From Ignavibacteriota bacterium (GTDB lineage: Bacteria > Bacteroidota > Ignavibacteria > UBA10030 > UBA6906), in NCBI GenBank assembly GCA_963801355.1, contig CAWDEM010000008.1, forward strand, positions 2,176,001 through 2,240,000: 64,000 nt of DNA. The letters run 5' to 3'. The notes beneath the pieces were generated by a model. It had not been told where the DNA came from, searched no databases, and saw only the letters and a program-made list of their open reading frames with translations. This document shows positions 54,228-64,000 of the stretch, piece by piece (the first letter of the stretch is position 1; the number at the start of each line of letters is the position of its first letter). The position numbers and the translations under genes were made by a program.

Positions 54228-56268
54228 CAATGCGGATAATATTGTGTCCGTCAAACTGGAGAATAGACAACGCGTTGTTGACGCGCCCGGAGGTGAGTCC
54301 GATGACCGAATGCAGGCCGACATAGTTGTGGATCCCGGACAAGGCGCGCGCCAGCGCCTGGCGCGTCGTCGCCCCGTCCCGCATTGCGCCGAGCACCATT
54401 GCCGCCGCATCATACCCGAACAATGAATTTTTCGTCGGCCGGCGGTGAAAATGTGCTCTGTAACCGGCGGCCCAGTCCCGGTACACCGCTGCAGTTGTAT
54501 CCGTATACGATTCAGATTCAAAAACGGCACCCGTGCTGTACCGGCGATGCTCATCCAGATCGGGAAGACTGTACCATTCGCCTGATCCCAGGATTTGCGC
54601 CTGGATGTTGAAGTAGACGGTCTGTGCGGCCACCACGCCGATTTCCTCCGGGGAGCCGATCGGTGCATACAGCGCTTCGATGGTCTTGATGGGGTAGTCG
54701 AGGCTGTCCGCAAGGACTTCGTTGTACACAACGGAAATGCCGAGGGAATCCAGGCGTGCGGCGGCATCGGGGCCGACGAGCTTGGCGGCGTTCACCAATG
54801 CCCCCTTGTGCAGCAGTGAGTCCAGAGTCTTGACGGGGACGCCCAGAGCGACAAGTTTCATAAGTTCCCCGAGTTTCTTCTTCCCGCCGAAGGCGATGAA
54901 CCCCTCACTGCCCACACGCAAGCCCGCGCGACGGATGCTTTTCAGCTGGACACTCAAGTCCGTCTTGCCCCGCTCGTACCACTCCGCCGCCACTATCGTC
55001 GCACCGAGATGATGCGCTTCCTCAACAAACCCTTCCGCCAGGAACTTGCCGTACGCATCCGAGGGCGCAAGCACCGCGAGGCGCTTGTAGCCCTTCTTTG
55101 TGACGGCGTAACGGGCCATCGCACGCCCGCGCATGTCATAGTCGGGGTTCGCCTGGAACACGAACGGTCCCGTGGCGGCAATACCGTTTGCATTGGCGGT
55201 CGGGGTAATGAGCGGAATAGATTCCTCCTGGGCTGCCCGCGCCGCAGGCACTGTGGTGCTCGAGAACATCGGTCCGATGATCCCGACGATCCGTATGTCC
55301 GATGCCATGGCGCGGACAGCGTTGGACGCACGGTCGGGATCCCGTTCGGTATCATCCGTGACGAGCGTGACCTTGATCCGGTTCTTCGGATCATTCGCAA
55401 AGAGTTGAACGGCATAGATGATGCCGTCGTTGACGTCCCCTGCGATCTCTTTCGCCGCTGACGGCGAAGCATTGCGCATCAACGGGAGGAGAACCCCCAG
55501 CTTCACGTCGCTCCGTTCGGTAATCTGCTCGAGCAACCGCATCACACGCGGCTGACTCTGCAGTTCGGGGAATGTTGAGAGCATGGTGTCGAGCGTGATC
55601 CGCGCAGCCCGTGTATCCTCCGCCCTCACATGTTTTTCCGCCACATTCACGAGCAGACGGATCCGGAAGTCCCGCGGCCCTCCCGCTGCGAGCTCGCGCT
55701 CGAGTTCACTGACAGTGAGGTATCGTGCGGCGATCGTGTCCACCATGGAGCCGAGGGATTCCCGCAACCGAGGAGGTTCCGGGCGCGGCAGGAGTTCCCA
55801 CGCGCGGGAAAACTCCCGGAGGGACTCCTCCCGGCGACCGATTCTGAAGTACACCGATCCCAGTACATAGTGCGCATCGGCTGCGTAAGCGGATGACGGT
55901 GATGTCGTGAGCAACGCCCGGGCGGCTTTCACACTCTCCATGTTCTCGCCGAGCCAGAAGAGTGCTTTCGCCTGCATGATTTGCGCCGCGGTCACCCGCG
56001 GGCTCGCGGGATACGCGACGGGAAGCCGGGCAAACTGCTCCGCCGCTGCACGGTACTGGCCCTGATCGTACAATGCCACTGCATGCTGAAATAGCTCTTC
56101 CGGCCCGGCGCCGGAATCGGGCTGTTGGGCCGGAGCCAGAGTCCACGCGGCGAGGACACAGATCAACACCAGCGTTGCTGCACGTGCCGGCACTCCTCCG
56201 GGCCGGTGAGCCGCGCCCGGTTTCTGGCCCGGGGAAATGAAGTACGATCGACGCGCATGATTCATCAT
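54208..56268 (-). CDS. TPR + periplasmic-binding-fold protein (LpoA/ABC substrate-binding-like)
   Basis: Signal segment; TPR-like helices; KLGVLLPL; IIGPMFS; GYDAA. Confidence 0.75.
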   Translation of the reverse strand: MMNHARRSYFISPGQKPGAAHRPGGVPARAATLVLICVLAAWTLAPAQQPDSGAGPEELFQHAVALYDQGQYRAAAEQFARLPVAYPASPRVTAAQIMQAKALFWLGENMESVKAARALLTTSPSSAYAADAHYVLGSVYFRIGRREESLREFSRAWELLPRPEPPRLRESLGSMVDTIAARYLTVSELERELAAGGPRDFRIRLLVNVAEKHVRAEDTRAARITLDTMLSTFPELQSQPRVMRLLEQITERSDVKLGVLLPLMRNASPSAAKEIAGDVNDGIIYAVQLFANDPKNRIKVTLVTDDTERDPDRASNAVRAMASDIRIVGIIGPMFSSTTVPAARAAQEESIPLITPTANANGIAATGPFVFQANPDYDMRGRAMARYAVTKKGYKRLAVLAPSDAYGKFLAEGFVEEAHHLGATIVAAEWYERGKTDLSVQLKSIRRAGLRVGSEGFIAFGGKKKLGELMKLVALGVPVKTLDSLLHKGALVNAAKLVGPDAAARLDSLGISVVYNEVLADSLDYPIKTIEALYAPIGSPEEIGVVAAQTVYFNIQAQILGSGEWYSLPDLDEHRRYSTGAVFESESYTDTTAAVYRDWAAGYRAHFHRRPTKNSLFGYDAAAMVLGAMRDGATTRQALARALSGIHNYVGLHSVIGLTSGRVNNALSILQFDGHNIIRIDEVRVE

Positions 56269-56272
56269 TCTG

Positions 56273-57958
56273 TCAGAAATCCTTACGGAGTGCAAGTATG
56301 CCCATGGTGTTGGCAAGCACGGCAACAGTCACAGCAATGGCGGCTATGACCATCACGGCGGTACGCAACAGGCCGCCCGCAACGGCCGCCGTCGCTCCGG
56401 AGAGGACCCGGGCTACAGGAATCACCAGGAGTGCAGCTATCAACATAATGTACGATAAACTCACGAGAAACGTGACCGATGCACCCTGCGATGCTGCCAC
56501 CTTGACCGGATTTTCTTCACGCTGCGTCGCATAATACGCGCCGGCGCCAAGGTTGATGCTCACCAACCCGATCACGGCGAACACCGTAGCGCCCGCGCAA
56601 GCCCACATGACCTGGTCCGGCGCACGCGCCATGGGCAACGTGAACCACACCAGTATTTCCGCGGGCAGCAGCAGAAGGGGCACCCAGACAACAAACTTCA
56701 TCCAGTAGAGACGGGAGAGGGAGATCGGCGACGTGCGCACGCACCAGAAGGCGTTCCCTTCCTGACTGACAGCCGGAAACACAAACCGCAGCGCGATGGA
56801 CGCGACCAGAAATCCGTCAAATACTAGAATCGTCACCAGAGCGACCGCCCAGGGGAGCGTGTGCATCGGCGGGAGGATTGACATCGCCCCGATCACAGCG
56901 GTCAGGACCACGAGAACTCCCATCATGACGCCATGGATGCGCTGCACAGGATCGCGGAAGAACTGAAGCAGGTCCCGCTTGATGACCGCCTCTGCGTTCG
57001 GCCGGCGCGTCCACCGCCGGCTGAGATCCAGCCACTTAGTCGTCCGCCCGCGGTGCGCATGCTCCCTATGGCCGTGCAGTTCCCCCACCAGCAGCCAGGT
57101 GGTGTAGTACAGACGGGAGCCTGCATAGAGCACGATCACTGCAAGGAGGACGAGCATGCCCAGGAGTCCGGTAATCGACAGCAATGCTCCACCCTGATCG
57201 CCGGCGATGATACTGCGAAGGGCAGACGACGCCATTTCGTGCGGGAGCCAGAGTGCAGAAGGCCCGGCCAGCTCCCCGGCAGCCGGTGCTTCCCCCTGGC
57301 TGCTCGCGACCGCGAAACGGATGATACGCACCGGATCGGTGAGCCGGTACGACAGAAACAACACTGCAGCGTACAGAGGCAGAGCCACAGCCAGCATGCG
57401 GCGCACACCGATTTTCGAGGCAATGTAAATCACCACCATCAACATGAACACGCCGAGGATGCCGGCGATGCACACCAGAGGCATCATCACCGTAAACATC
57501 ATCAACACGTATTGGTGCCAGGCAAGGTGGAACACCGCTCCATATCCGAGCACCCCGGACACCCCGATCAGGAGAAGCACGCCGGTGCTGGTGATCACGT
57601 TTTCTCCCATGCGAAGCGCGAAGAGGTTCCTGTGCGCAACGGGCAGCGCCTGAAGGAATTCCACCTCACGGGCTGTGAAGAGGGTTGCGTAGCTCAGAAT
57701 CACGCTCATGAAGTTCGCCGAGACGAACAACGCGAACAGGATGACGGTCACGAGCCTGTGCAGGGGCTCCGGTCCCACTCCCAGTTGACTGACCAGAAAC
57801 CATGTGAAGTTCCTCATCATCAGGAACATCCCGATCGCCATGCCGCCGAAAATAACAAGGGAAGAAAGGTTTCTGATCAGGCCGTGCGGCCGGAAGTCGG
57901 AAAGACTCTTGATGATCACGACCGCCTTGGCTCCCAGCACTGTCCGCAGATCATTCAT
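56273..57958 (-). CDS. Putative ABC exporter permease
   Basis: Many TM helices; EVEFLQALPV; RFVFPAVSQEG; adjacent ATPase. Confidence 0.8.
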   Translation of the reverse strand: MNDLRTVLGAKAVVIIKSLSDFRPHGLIRNLSSLVIFGGMAIGMFLMMRNFTWFLVSQLGVGPEPLHRLVTVILFALFVSANFMSVILSYATLFTAREVEFLQALPVAHRNLFALRMGENVITSTGVLLLIGVSGVLGYGAVFHLAWHQYVLMMFTVMMPLVCIAGILGVFMLMVVIYIASKIGVRRMLAVALPLYAAVLFLSYRLTDPVRIIRFAVASSQGEAPAAGELAGPSALWLPHEMASSALRSIIAGDQGGALLSITGLLGMLVLLAVIVLYAGSRLYYTTWLLVGELHGHREHAHRGRTTKWLDLSRRWTRRPNAEAVIKRDLLQFFRDPVQRIHGVMMGVLVVLTAVIGAMSILPPMHTLPWAVALVTILVFDGFLVASIALRFVFPAVSQEGNAFWCVRTSPISLSRLYWMKFVVWVPLLLLPAEILVWFTLPMARAPDQVMWACAGATVFAVIGLVSINLGAGAYYATQREENPVKVAASQGASVTFLVSLSYIMLIAALLVIPVARVLSGATAAVAGGLLRTAVMVIAAIAVTVAVLANTMGILALRKDF

Positions 57959-57965
57959 GAGGGGC

Positions 57966-58673
57966 TCAGCGCGTGATATCAAGAAATGTCTTTTCGAGTG
58001 TACCGTGCTGCGCACCGCCGGCGACGAACTTGTCTTCGTAGACGATTTTACCCTGCTTGATGATGGCAATCCGCGTGCATAATTCCTCGACGACGCGGAG
58101 CAGGTGCGTGGACATGAAGATAGTCGTCCCGGACGCAGCTCGTTCCTTCAGGAACTCCCTGACAATCCACGAGCTGCGGGGATCCAGTCCGAGCAACGGT
58201 TCATCCAGGATCAGCACCGCGGGTTCATGCACCAGGGCCCCAGCCAGCGCCACACGCTGCCGCATGCCTTGAGAATACTCCTCGGCCGTCTTGTCGATAA
58301 ACCCCTCCATCTCGAAGCAGCGGGAGTACTGTTCAATTCGTGAGTGGAGTTCCTCTGCGCGCACGCGGAACAATCCCCCGATGAAGTGCAAATACTCCCT
58401 TCCCGTCAGCTTATCATAGAGAAAGGGCTGATCAGGAAGATAGCCGAAGTTTCGCTTCGCGGAAACCGGATGGGCGTGCACGTCGAACCCGCTCACGGCA
58501 CAACTCCCCGACGTCGGTCTGTACAATCCCGTGAGCGTTTTGATGGTTGTAGTCTTCCCCGCCCCGTTCGGTCCGAGGAAACCGAAGAACTGCCCGCTTT
58601 CGACGGTGAGCGAGATGTCATCGACCGCGGTGCTGGCACCGAATTTCTTGGTAAGATTTCGTATTTCGATCAC
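57966..58673 (-). CDS. ABC transporter ATP-binding protein
   Basis: GPNGAGKT; YSQGMRQ; ILDEP. Confidence 0.93.
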   Translation of the reverse strand: MIEIRNLTKKFGASTAVDDISLTVESGQFFGFLGPNGAGKTTTIKTLTGLYRPTSGSCAVSGFDVHAHPVSAKRNFGYLPDQPFLYDKLTGREYLHFIGGLFRVRAEELHSRIEQYSRCFEMEGFIDKTAEEYSQGMRQRVALAGALVHEPAVLILDEPLLGLDPRSSWIVREFLKERAASGTTIFMSTHLLRVVEELCTRIAIIKQGKIVYEDKFVAGGAQHGTLEKTFLDITR

Positions 58674-58699
58674 GCTGGATTCCCGTACGGTGTAATATA

Positions 58700-59890
58700 C
58701 TACTTTCTGTGTGCGGATTTTCCGACGCCGCCCAGCAATTCTTTCTGCTGGGCGCGAAGTATAGCGATCCCGTCGTCAAGGAGCGTAAGTGCTTCCGTCC
58801 GCCGGGTCCCGGCCCCTGCCCGCTTGATCATCCGCTGCCGCAGCACATGGTCGTACAGCGTCAGTGCAACCATCGCTTCCGCCACCGGCACGAGACGCGG
58901 GCAGATGCACGGGTCATGCCGTCCCCCGACGACCAGCCGGGCAGTGCGCCCGTCGACCGTTGCGCTCTCCTGCTCTTTATGAATCGACGACGTGGGCTTC
59001 ACGGCAATCCGGACCACAATATCTTCTCCGTTGGATATTCCTCCCGCTATCCCCCCGGCGTTGTTCGTCCGCGTGCGGAACCGGACGGTCTCCCGATCAA
59101 AGTAGATCGGGTCATTGTTCTGGCTCCCTCGCAGTCTGGCCGCGGCAAAGCCGTTGCCGACTTCAAAGCCACGCACGGCTCCTATCGACATCAACGCTTT
59201 TGCGAGGTCTGCCTCGAGTTTGTCAAATACCGGATCCCCCAGACCGACAGGCGGATTGCGCACGGTAACTTCGACAACCCCGCCGACCGAGTCTCCTTCC
59301 TTCTTTGCGCGCAACACGGCACGCTCCATCCTGACCGCGGCTTTGGGATCGGCACAACGGAGGGGATTCTGTTCGATGGCGTCGATCCGGAATGATTTCG
59401 CACGGATGCCGGCAACCTCCGTCGTGTAACCATAGATGGCAGTGCCCAGCCGGGTAAGCTCTTGCTTCGCCAGCGCTCCCGCCGCGACACGGCCGGCGGT
59501 CTCACGACCCGATGAACGCCCTCCACCACGGTAATCCACGACACCGAACTTTGCCAGATAGGTGTACCCTGCATGTCCCGGGCGGAAGATCTTGTTCAGA
59601 TGCGCATATGCTGCGGGGCGCTGATCCGTGTTCCGGATAATCATGCAGAGTGGAGTGCCCGTGGTCTTCCCTTCAAAAACGCCGCTCAGGATTTCCACAC
59701 GGTCCGCCTCTTTCCTGGTAGAGGTCATCCTGCTCTGCCCCGGGCGCCGTCGATCGAGCTCGCGCTGTATCACCGCAGCGTCGAACTTCATTCCCGGCCT
59801 CACGCCATCGATGACAACACCGAGGGCGGGTCCGTGACTTTCACCAAACGTGGTGATGCGAAAGTGTTTGCCGAACCGATTCCCTGCCAT
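58700..59890 (-). CDS. aroC: Chorismate synthase
   Basis: GESHG; RPGHA; RSSGRET; GRHDPC. Confidence 0.96.
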   Translation of the reverse strand: MAGNRFGKHFRITTFGESHGPALGVVIDGVRPGMKFDAAVIQRELDRRRPGQSRMTSTRKEADRVEILSGVFEGKTTGTPLCMIIRNTDQRPAAYAHLNKIFRPGHAGYTYLAKFGVVDYRGGGRSSGRETAGRVAAGALAKQELTRLGTAIYGYTTEVAGIRAKSFRIDAIEQNPLRCADPKAAVRMERAVLRAKKEGDSVGGVVEVTVRNPPVGLGDPVFDKLEADLAKALMSIGAVRGFEVGNGFAAARLRGSQNNDPIYFDRETVRFRTRTNNAGGIAGGISNGEDIVVRIAVKPTSSIHKEQESATVDGRTARLVVGGRHDPCICPRLVPVAEAMVALTLYDHVLRQRMIKRAGAGTRRTEALTLLDDGIAILRAQQKELLGGVGKSAHRK

Positions 59891-59893
59891 ACG

Positions 59894-61165
59894 CTATCTC
59901 CCTCCTGCCAGTCGATCCAACTCCTCCCAGAACCGCGGGAACGATTTGTCCACGCAGTCAGGCCCGAGCACGCTGACCCCCGGTACCCGTACACCGATGA
60001 GTGCGAAACTCATTGCGAGACGGTGGTCATCGTGCGCGTCCACGGCGGCTCCGTGTAACGGAACGGGCGTCACAATCAACCCGTCGTCAAGCACGGCGAT
60101 GTCGGCGCCGAGCCGGCGCAACTCAGCGGCCAGTGTGCCCAGCCGGTCTGACTCCTTGTACCGGAGGTGCGCCACATTCGTGATCCTCGTCGGCTCGAGC
60201 GCAAACAGGGCCACGGCGACCAGCGTCGGCACGGCATCGGGTGCCCGGTTCATGTCGACCGTAACGCCATGAAGATCACCCGGACACGATACAGCCACAC
60301 CATCAGTCATCCACTCAACCACACATCCCATCGCGCCGAGCACATCCAGGAGACATGCTTCACTCTGCAGCGACTCCCGTTGCATTCCCCGCACAGACAC
60401 GCGACCCCCCGTCACCGCAGCGGCGCCAAAAGCATACGTCGCACTCGATGCATCCGGTTCCACAATATACTGTGCGGGGCGATATGACAGGCCGGGAGGA
60501 ACCCGGTAGACCGGACCCGGCTCTTCAAGCACACCTACGCCGAATTTCTTCATGACATCCATCGTCATCGCGAGATAGGGTGCTGAAGCAAGCGGACCAG
60601 TGAGATGCACGCTGATGCCCTCTGCGGTACCCGGAGTTGCCAGCAGCAATGAAGAGATGAACTGCGAACTCTTCTCTCCGCTGATCGACACGGCACCACC
60701 CCGGAAGGCCCCGCCGTGAATCACGTAACGTCCCAGCCCATCCGGATGCTCGAACGGAATCCCGAGTTCATCGAAGGCCTTGAGCAGGTCCGCAATCGGC
60801 CGTTGTCCCATCCGCGCCGAGGCTTCAAACACCGTTCTCCCCTCGGCACGTGCAGCGACGGAAAGGAGGAACCGCAGAGTCGTTCCCGCATTTCCCACCG
60901 GGATGGGATACCGCGGTGCATGGAGCCTCCCGCCCGTGCCTTCAACCGCGAGCTGACCGGCATTCAGCCTTACCAGAACTCCCAACAGGTTCAGACCGTT
61001 GATCATCTTCGCCGTGTCGGTACTGTCGGACGCGTTGCGGATAAGCGACTCTCCTTTTGCCAGGGCCGAGCACACCAGGGCCCGGTTTGTAAGACTCTTC
61101 GACCCCGGCACAGACATTGTGCCGTGAAGAGGCCCTGTGGGATGAAGGACGCGCGAAGGAGGCAT
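59894..61165 (-). CDS. aroA: EPSP synthase
   Basis: GSKS; GNAGT; SSQF; KESDR; DHRLAM. Confidence 0.96.
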   Translation of the reverse strand: MPPSRVLHPTGPLHGTMSVPGSKSLTNRALVCSALAKGESLIRNASDSTDTAKMINGLNLLGVLVRLNAGQLAVEGTGGRLHAPRYPIPVGNAGTTLRFLLSVAARAEGRTVFEASARMGQRPIADLLKAFDELGIPFEHPDGLGRYVIHGGAFRGGAVSISGEKSSQFISSLLLATPGTAEGISVHLTGPLASAPYLAMTMDVMKKFGVGVLEEPGPVYRVPPGLSYRPAQYIVEPDASSATYAFGAAAVTGGRVSVRGMQRESLQSEACLLDVLGAMGCVVEWMTDGVAVSCPGDLHGVTVDMNRAPDAVPTLVAVALFALEPTRITNVAHLRYKESDRLGTLAAELRRLGADIAVLDDGLIVTPVPLHGAAVDAHDDHRLAMSFALIGVRVPGVSVLGPDCVDKSFPRFWEELDRLAGGR

Positions 61166-61185
61166 GGATTAGTGGGATTTGGTGT

Positions 61186-62688
61186 TCAGGGTCCGATGTC
61201 TGAGGTGTAGGGCCGGGACTCCGGAATCGGATCCCGTGTTGCAGCAATGAAAAGCCGTTTGACATCCGCCGTCAAGGGTCTTCGCCCCGTGAAGAGCCTG
61301 ATCTGCTCAACCGCCTGACGGGCGAACATCTCCACTCCGGTCACCGTCATGATCCCTTGCTGTTCCGCTTTCGCCAGGAATTTCGTCATCGCCGGATTGT
61401 AGATCGCGTCGAATGCAAGGCGGACGGTGTCAGGAATCGACGTCACGGGCGATGCATCGATGTCCGGCCACATGCCCGCCGAAGTTGCGTTCACAAGAAT
61501 TTCGGGATTGAATAACGGTATCTCCTCGATCGTTGTCCACTCCGCGCCGAGAGCGCGGGCCACACGTCTGGCACGTGCATCCGTGCGGTTGGCGATGCAC
61601 ACCATGGCACCGCGGCGGATGGCCTCTCCTGCAATTGCCCGTGCGGCGCCACCCGCTCCGATGACGAGACAACGCCTCCCGGCGACACGGAGCTTGCGCT
61701 CGATGGCATCCAGGGCACCGCACGCGTCGGTGTTCGCCCCGTAGTAGCCCGGGCCACGGCGTACCACGGTATTCACGGCACCCAGCCGGCGCGCGTTTGC
61801 ATCGACCCGAGACAGAAGCTTCAACATCGCCTGCTTGTGGGGAACAGTCACACTGCAACCTTGCAGCACCCCATCAAACGATTCCATGAACCGCGGAAGG
61901 TTGTCCACCCTGAACCGGCAGTAGATGGCATCTCTGCCGAGCCGGCGGTAGAGGGTGTTGTGAATGTATGGCCCCTTACTCTGTCCCACCGGGTTGCCGA
62001 CAAGGCCGAAGACTCTTGTCCGGGGGGTTCGTTCGTGAGCGCGAAAGACACTCCTCAGGGTGGAAGCCGGGAGCTGTCCGGGGGCTGATTGCCGGCCAAC
62101 TTCCGGGCTGGCAAACGTCGCCCACCCGCCGAAGACCTTGTACAGAACGCGGCTCGCCTCTCCCGCTTCACCCATGGCAATGGCAAGCGCCCGCTGCCTG
62201 TCTCTCCGTGCAAGAGTGAGGAATTCCATGGCAGCGCGGATCTGCCAGGCGTCTTCCGCTGCGTAAGCAAATTTCAGAATCTCTGCGCCGGAGTTCTTCA
62301 TCGATCCATACAGCACATCGACGCGCCGGGGATAGCCGGTGAGCACGTGGTGGGAGACAATCCACTGCAGCCGCCCGGCACGCGAACGGAGCTGTCGCCG
62401 GCCCGGGGTCCAGGCATCCAGCTCAAGATCCACGTACCTCGCCCCCGCATCGATCGCCTGCTGGAGCAATTCAAAGCGTTCGCTTTCCGGTCCTTCGAAA
62501 CTGCCCCCTTCTCGCACCGGCCGGCAGGTTGCAATCACCGGCTTCCTGGTTGCTCTGAGTGCCCCGCGCACGTCGGCACCGGCAAGAAGATCAAGGCGGA
62601 GCTCAAAAAGATCCGCGTAGCGCGCCGAAGAGGCGATCTGGTTGAACGCCTCCGGCATCGATGGACCGGTGATAGAGACGATGATCAT
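61186..62688 (-). CDS. aroDE: Fused type I 3-dehydroquinate dehydratase / shikimate dehydrogenase
   Basis: ELRLD; SAPGQ; SVTVPHK; AVNT; NTD; GAGGAARA; NAT. Confidence 0.9.
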   Translation of the reverse strand: MIIVSITGPSMPEAFNQIASSARYADLFELRLDLLAGADVRGALRATRKPVIATCRPVREGGSFEGPESERFELLQQAIDAGARYVDLELDAWTPGRRQLRSRAGRLQWIVSHHVLTGYPRRVDVLYGSMKNSGAEILKFAYAAEDAWQIRAAMEFLTLARRDRQRALAIAMGEAGEASRVLYKVFGGWATFASPEVGRQSAPGQLPASTLRSVFRAHERTPRTRVFGLVGNPVGQSKGPYIHNTLYRRLGRDAIYCRFRVDNLPRFMESFDGVLQGCSVTVPHKQAMLKLLSRVDANARRLGAVNTVVRRGPGYYGANTDACGALDAIERKLRVAGRRCLVIGAGGAARAIAGEAIRRGAMVCIANRTDARARRVARALGAEWTTIEEIPLFNPEILVNATSAGMWPDIDASPVTSIPDTVRLAFDAIYNPAMTKFLAKAEQQGIMTVTGVEMFARQAVEQIRLFTGRRPLTADVKRLFIAATRDPIPESRPYTSDIGP

Positions 62689-63770
62689 CTCACGAGCGCC
62701 TGGATCATTGGGGCGGGGAGGCGGACACCGATAAGTGACACGCCGATTCTCCGGAGAAGCACGAACGAGGGCCCGGCGCCGGTGTTCTTCTTGTCGACAG
62801 AAAGGGCATGGAGGAACTTTCCAATTGCAATTCCCGGCGGCACTTGTGTCGGAAGGTGGCATTTCCCGAGCAATCGTGCCAGGCGCAGGCAGTCGTCAAC
62901 ATCCAGAAGACCGGCGGTGACCGCAAGCCGGGATTCCGCCACGAGTCCCACCGCCACCGCCTCGCCATGTCGCATTTCGAAGTCTGTCGCCGCCTCCAGC
63001 GCATGTCCGATGGTGTGGCCCAGGTTGAGCGACGTGCGCAGGCCTGACTCGCGCTCATCTTGTTCGACGACTGCGGCCTTCAATGCCACAGCACGGTGGA
63101 TCATCCGCGCGAGCAGACGGCCGGCGGTCCGGGTCATGCGCGGGATGTATCGTTCCAGCAGACGGAAGAAGTCGGCATCCAGCGCTGCTGCGATCTTGAC
63201 GACTTCGGCGAGACCGTTCCGGAATTCTTCCTGCGGGAGCGTCCGGAGGACCAGAGGGTCGATCAATACGAATGACGGTTGATGGAACGCGCCAATCAGA
63301 TTTTTCCCGGCATGATGATTGATACCTACTTTGCCTCCAACGCTGCTGTCCACCTGCGCGAGAAGTGTTGTGGGCACCTGGATGAACTCCACTCCGCGCA
63401 GAACAGACGCTGCCGCAAATCCCGCAAGATCGCCCACAACGCCTCCGCCCAGGGCTACGACGAGACTGTTACGCTTGATCCCGGACTCGAGCATCGCTCC
63501 GACCAGAGCGTAGTAGATATCAATGGACTTTGATTCCTCCCCGGGGGGCACCTCAAAAAGCACATTGTCGATCCCCGCATCGTCAAGTGCATGCCGGAAG
63601 GCTGTTGCGTACAACCGCGAGACGTTTGTGTCGGTAACCACACACACAGGCCTGCCCGACCACTTTTTCCGGATGAGCAACGGCAGGGTCCTGAGACCGC
63701 CCGGCGCAATCAGAATGTCGTACGAGCGCTCTGATCCCCGCCGTAATCGCACTGTGATCTGGTTTTTCAT
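62685..63770 (-). CDS. aroB: 3-dehydroquinate synthase
   Basis: GEESK; GGGVVGD; PTTLLAQVDSSVGGK; LNLGHT. Confidence 0.96.
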   Translation of the reverse strand: MKNQITVRLRRGSERSYDILIAPGGLRTLPLLIRKKWSGRPVCVVTDTNVSRLYATAFRHALDDAGIDNVLFEVPPGEESKSIDIYYALVGAMLESGIKRNSLVVALGGGVVGDLAGFAAASVLRGVEFIQVPTTLLAQVDSSVGGKVGINHHAGKNLIGAFHQPSFVLIDPLVLRTLPQEEFRNGLAEVVKIAAALDADFFRLLERYIPRMTRTAGRLLARMIHRAVALKAAVVEQDERESGLRTSLNLGHTIGHALEAATDFEMRHGEAVAVGLVAESRLAVTAGLLDVDDCLRLARLLGKCHLPTQVPPGIAIGKFLHALSVDKKNTGAGPSFVLLRRIGVSLIGVRLPAPMIQALVR

Positions 63771-63777
63771 ACTAAAA

Positions 63778-63806
63778 AGAGTACGGGAACCCTCAGAGAA
63801 AGTCAA
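63778..63806 (-). promoter_or_regulatory. sigma70-like promoter, likely leaderless aroB transcript
   Basis: TTGACT-17 nt-TACTCT, then 7 nt, then ATG; no Shine-Dalgarno. Confidence 0.6.
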
Positions 63807-64000
63807 GAGAAAGAACGATGGAGAGCCGGAGACGGACGCGGTCACACGGGAATCCGGGGTGCAGGCGGCGTTCGTTGGAAGTCAGCGGCGACTTTCGTAG
63901 ATTGACATGATGCGCGCCGTTACGCGCCTGGATGCCACATTCACAGCCAAGCCAGCAACCCTGGAAAAACACTACGTCCGATCGCTCTTTGATTCGATTG

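Overview
The window has two parts. The host is probably an Ignavibacteria/Bacteroidota-Chlorobi-group bacterium, inferred from several QNYPNPFNP-type T9SS C-terminal sorting domains (CTDs). Positions ~213-21461 form a decaying ~21.2-kb accessory island. It is bounded by the 3' end of tRNA-Ser(TGA) (21444-21529, minus) and a 16-bp copy of that end at 213-228, and no integrase is recognisable inside it. The island carries: an integrase-less integron cassette array (3 cassettes, 2 intact attC sites, 2 attC halves); four T9SS-tagged genes or pseudogenes; a prolyl oligopeptidase; twin lipoproteins; several gene fragments; three decayed copies of an unknown small ORF tail; and a 45-nt palindromic element inserted in frame at the same site in two different T9SS CTDs. 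From ~21.9 kb on, the window is mostly core genome on the minus strand. It includes corA, a T9SS polysaccharide-lyase-like protein with an apparently circularly permuted DNRLRE/CBM96 insert next to a GH88, a CNG K+ channel, a TPM pair, an S66 peptidase, rluB-scpB-scpA-trpS, HNH, degP, recO, mtnA, comEC, dtd, prmC, mazG, phoH, a LysM/lipoprotein pair, radC, an ABC pair and aroB-aroDE-aroA-aroC. All calls come from reading motifs by eye; no database searches were run.
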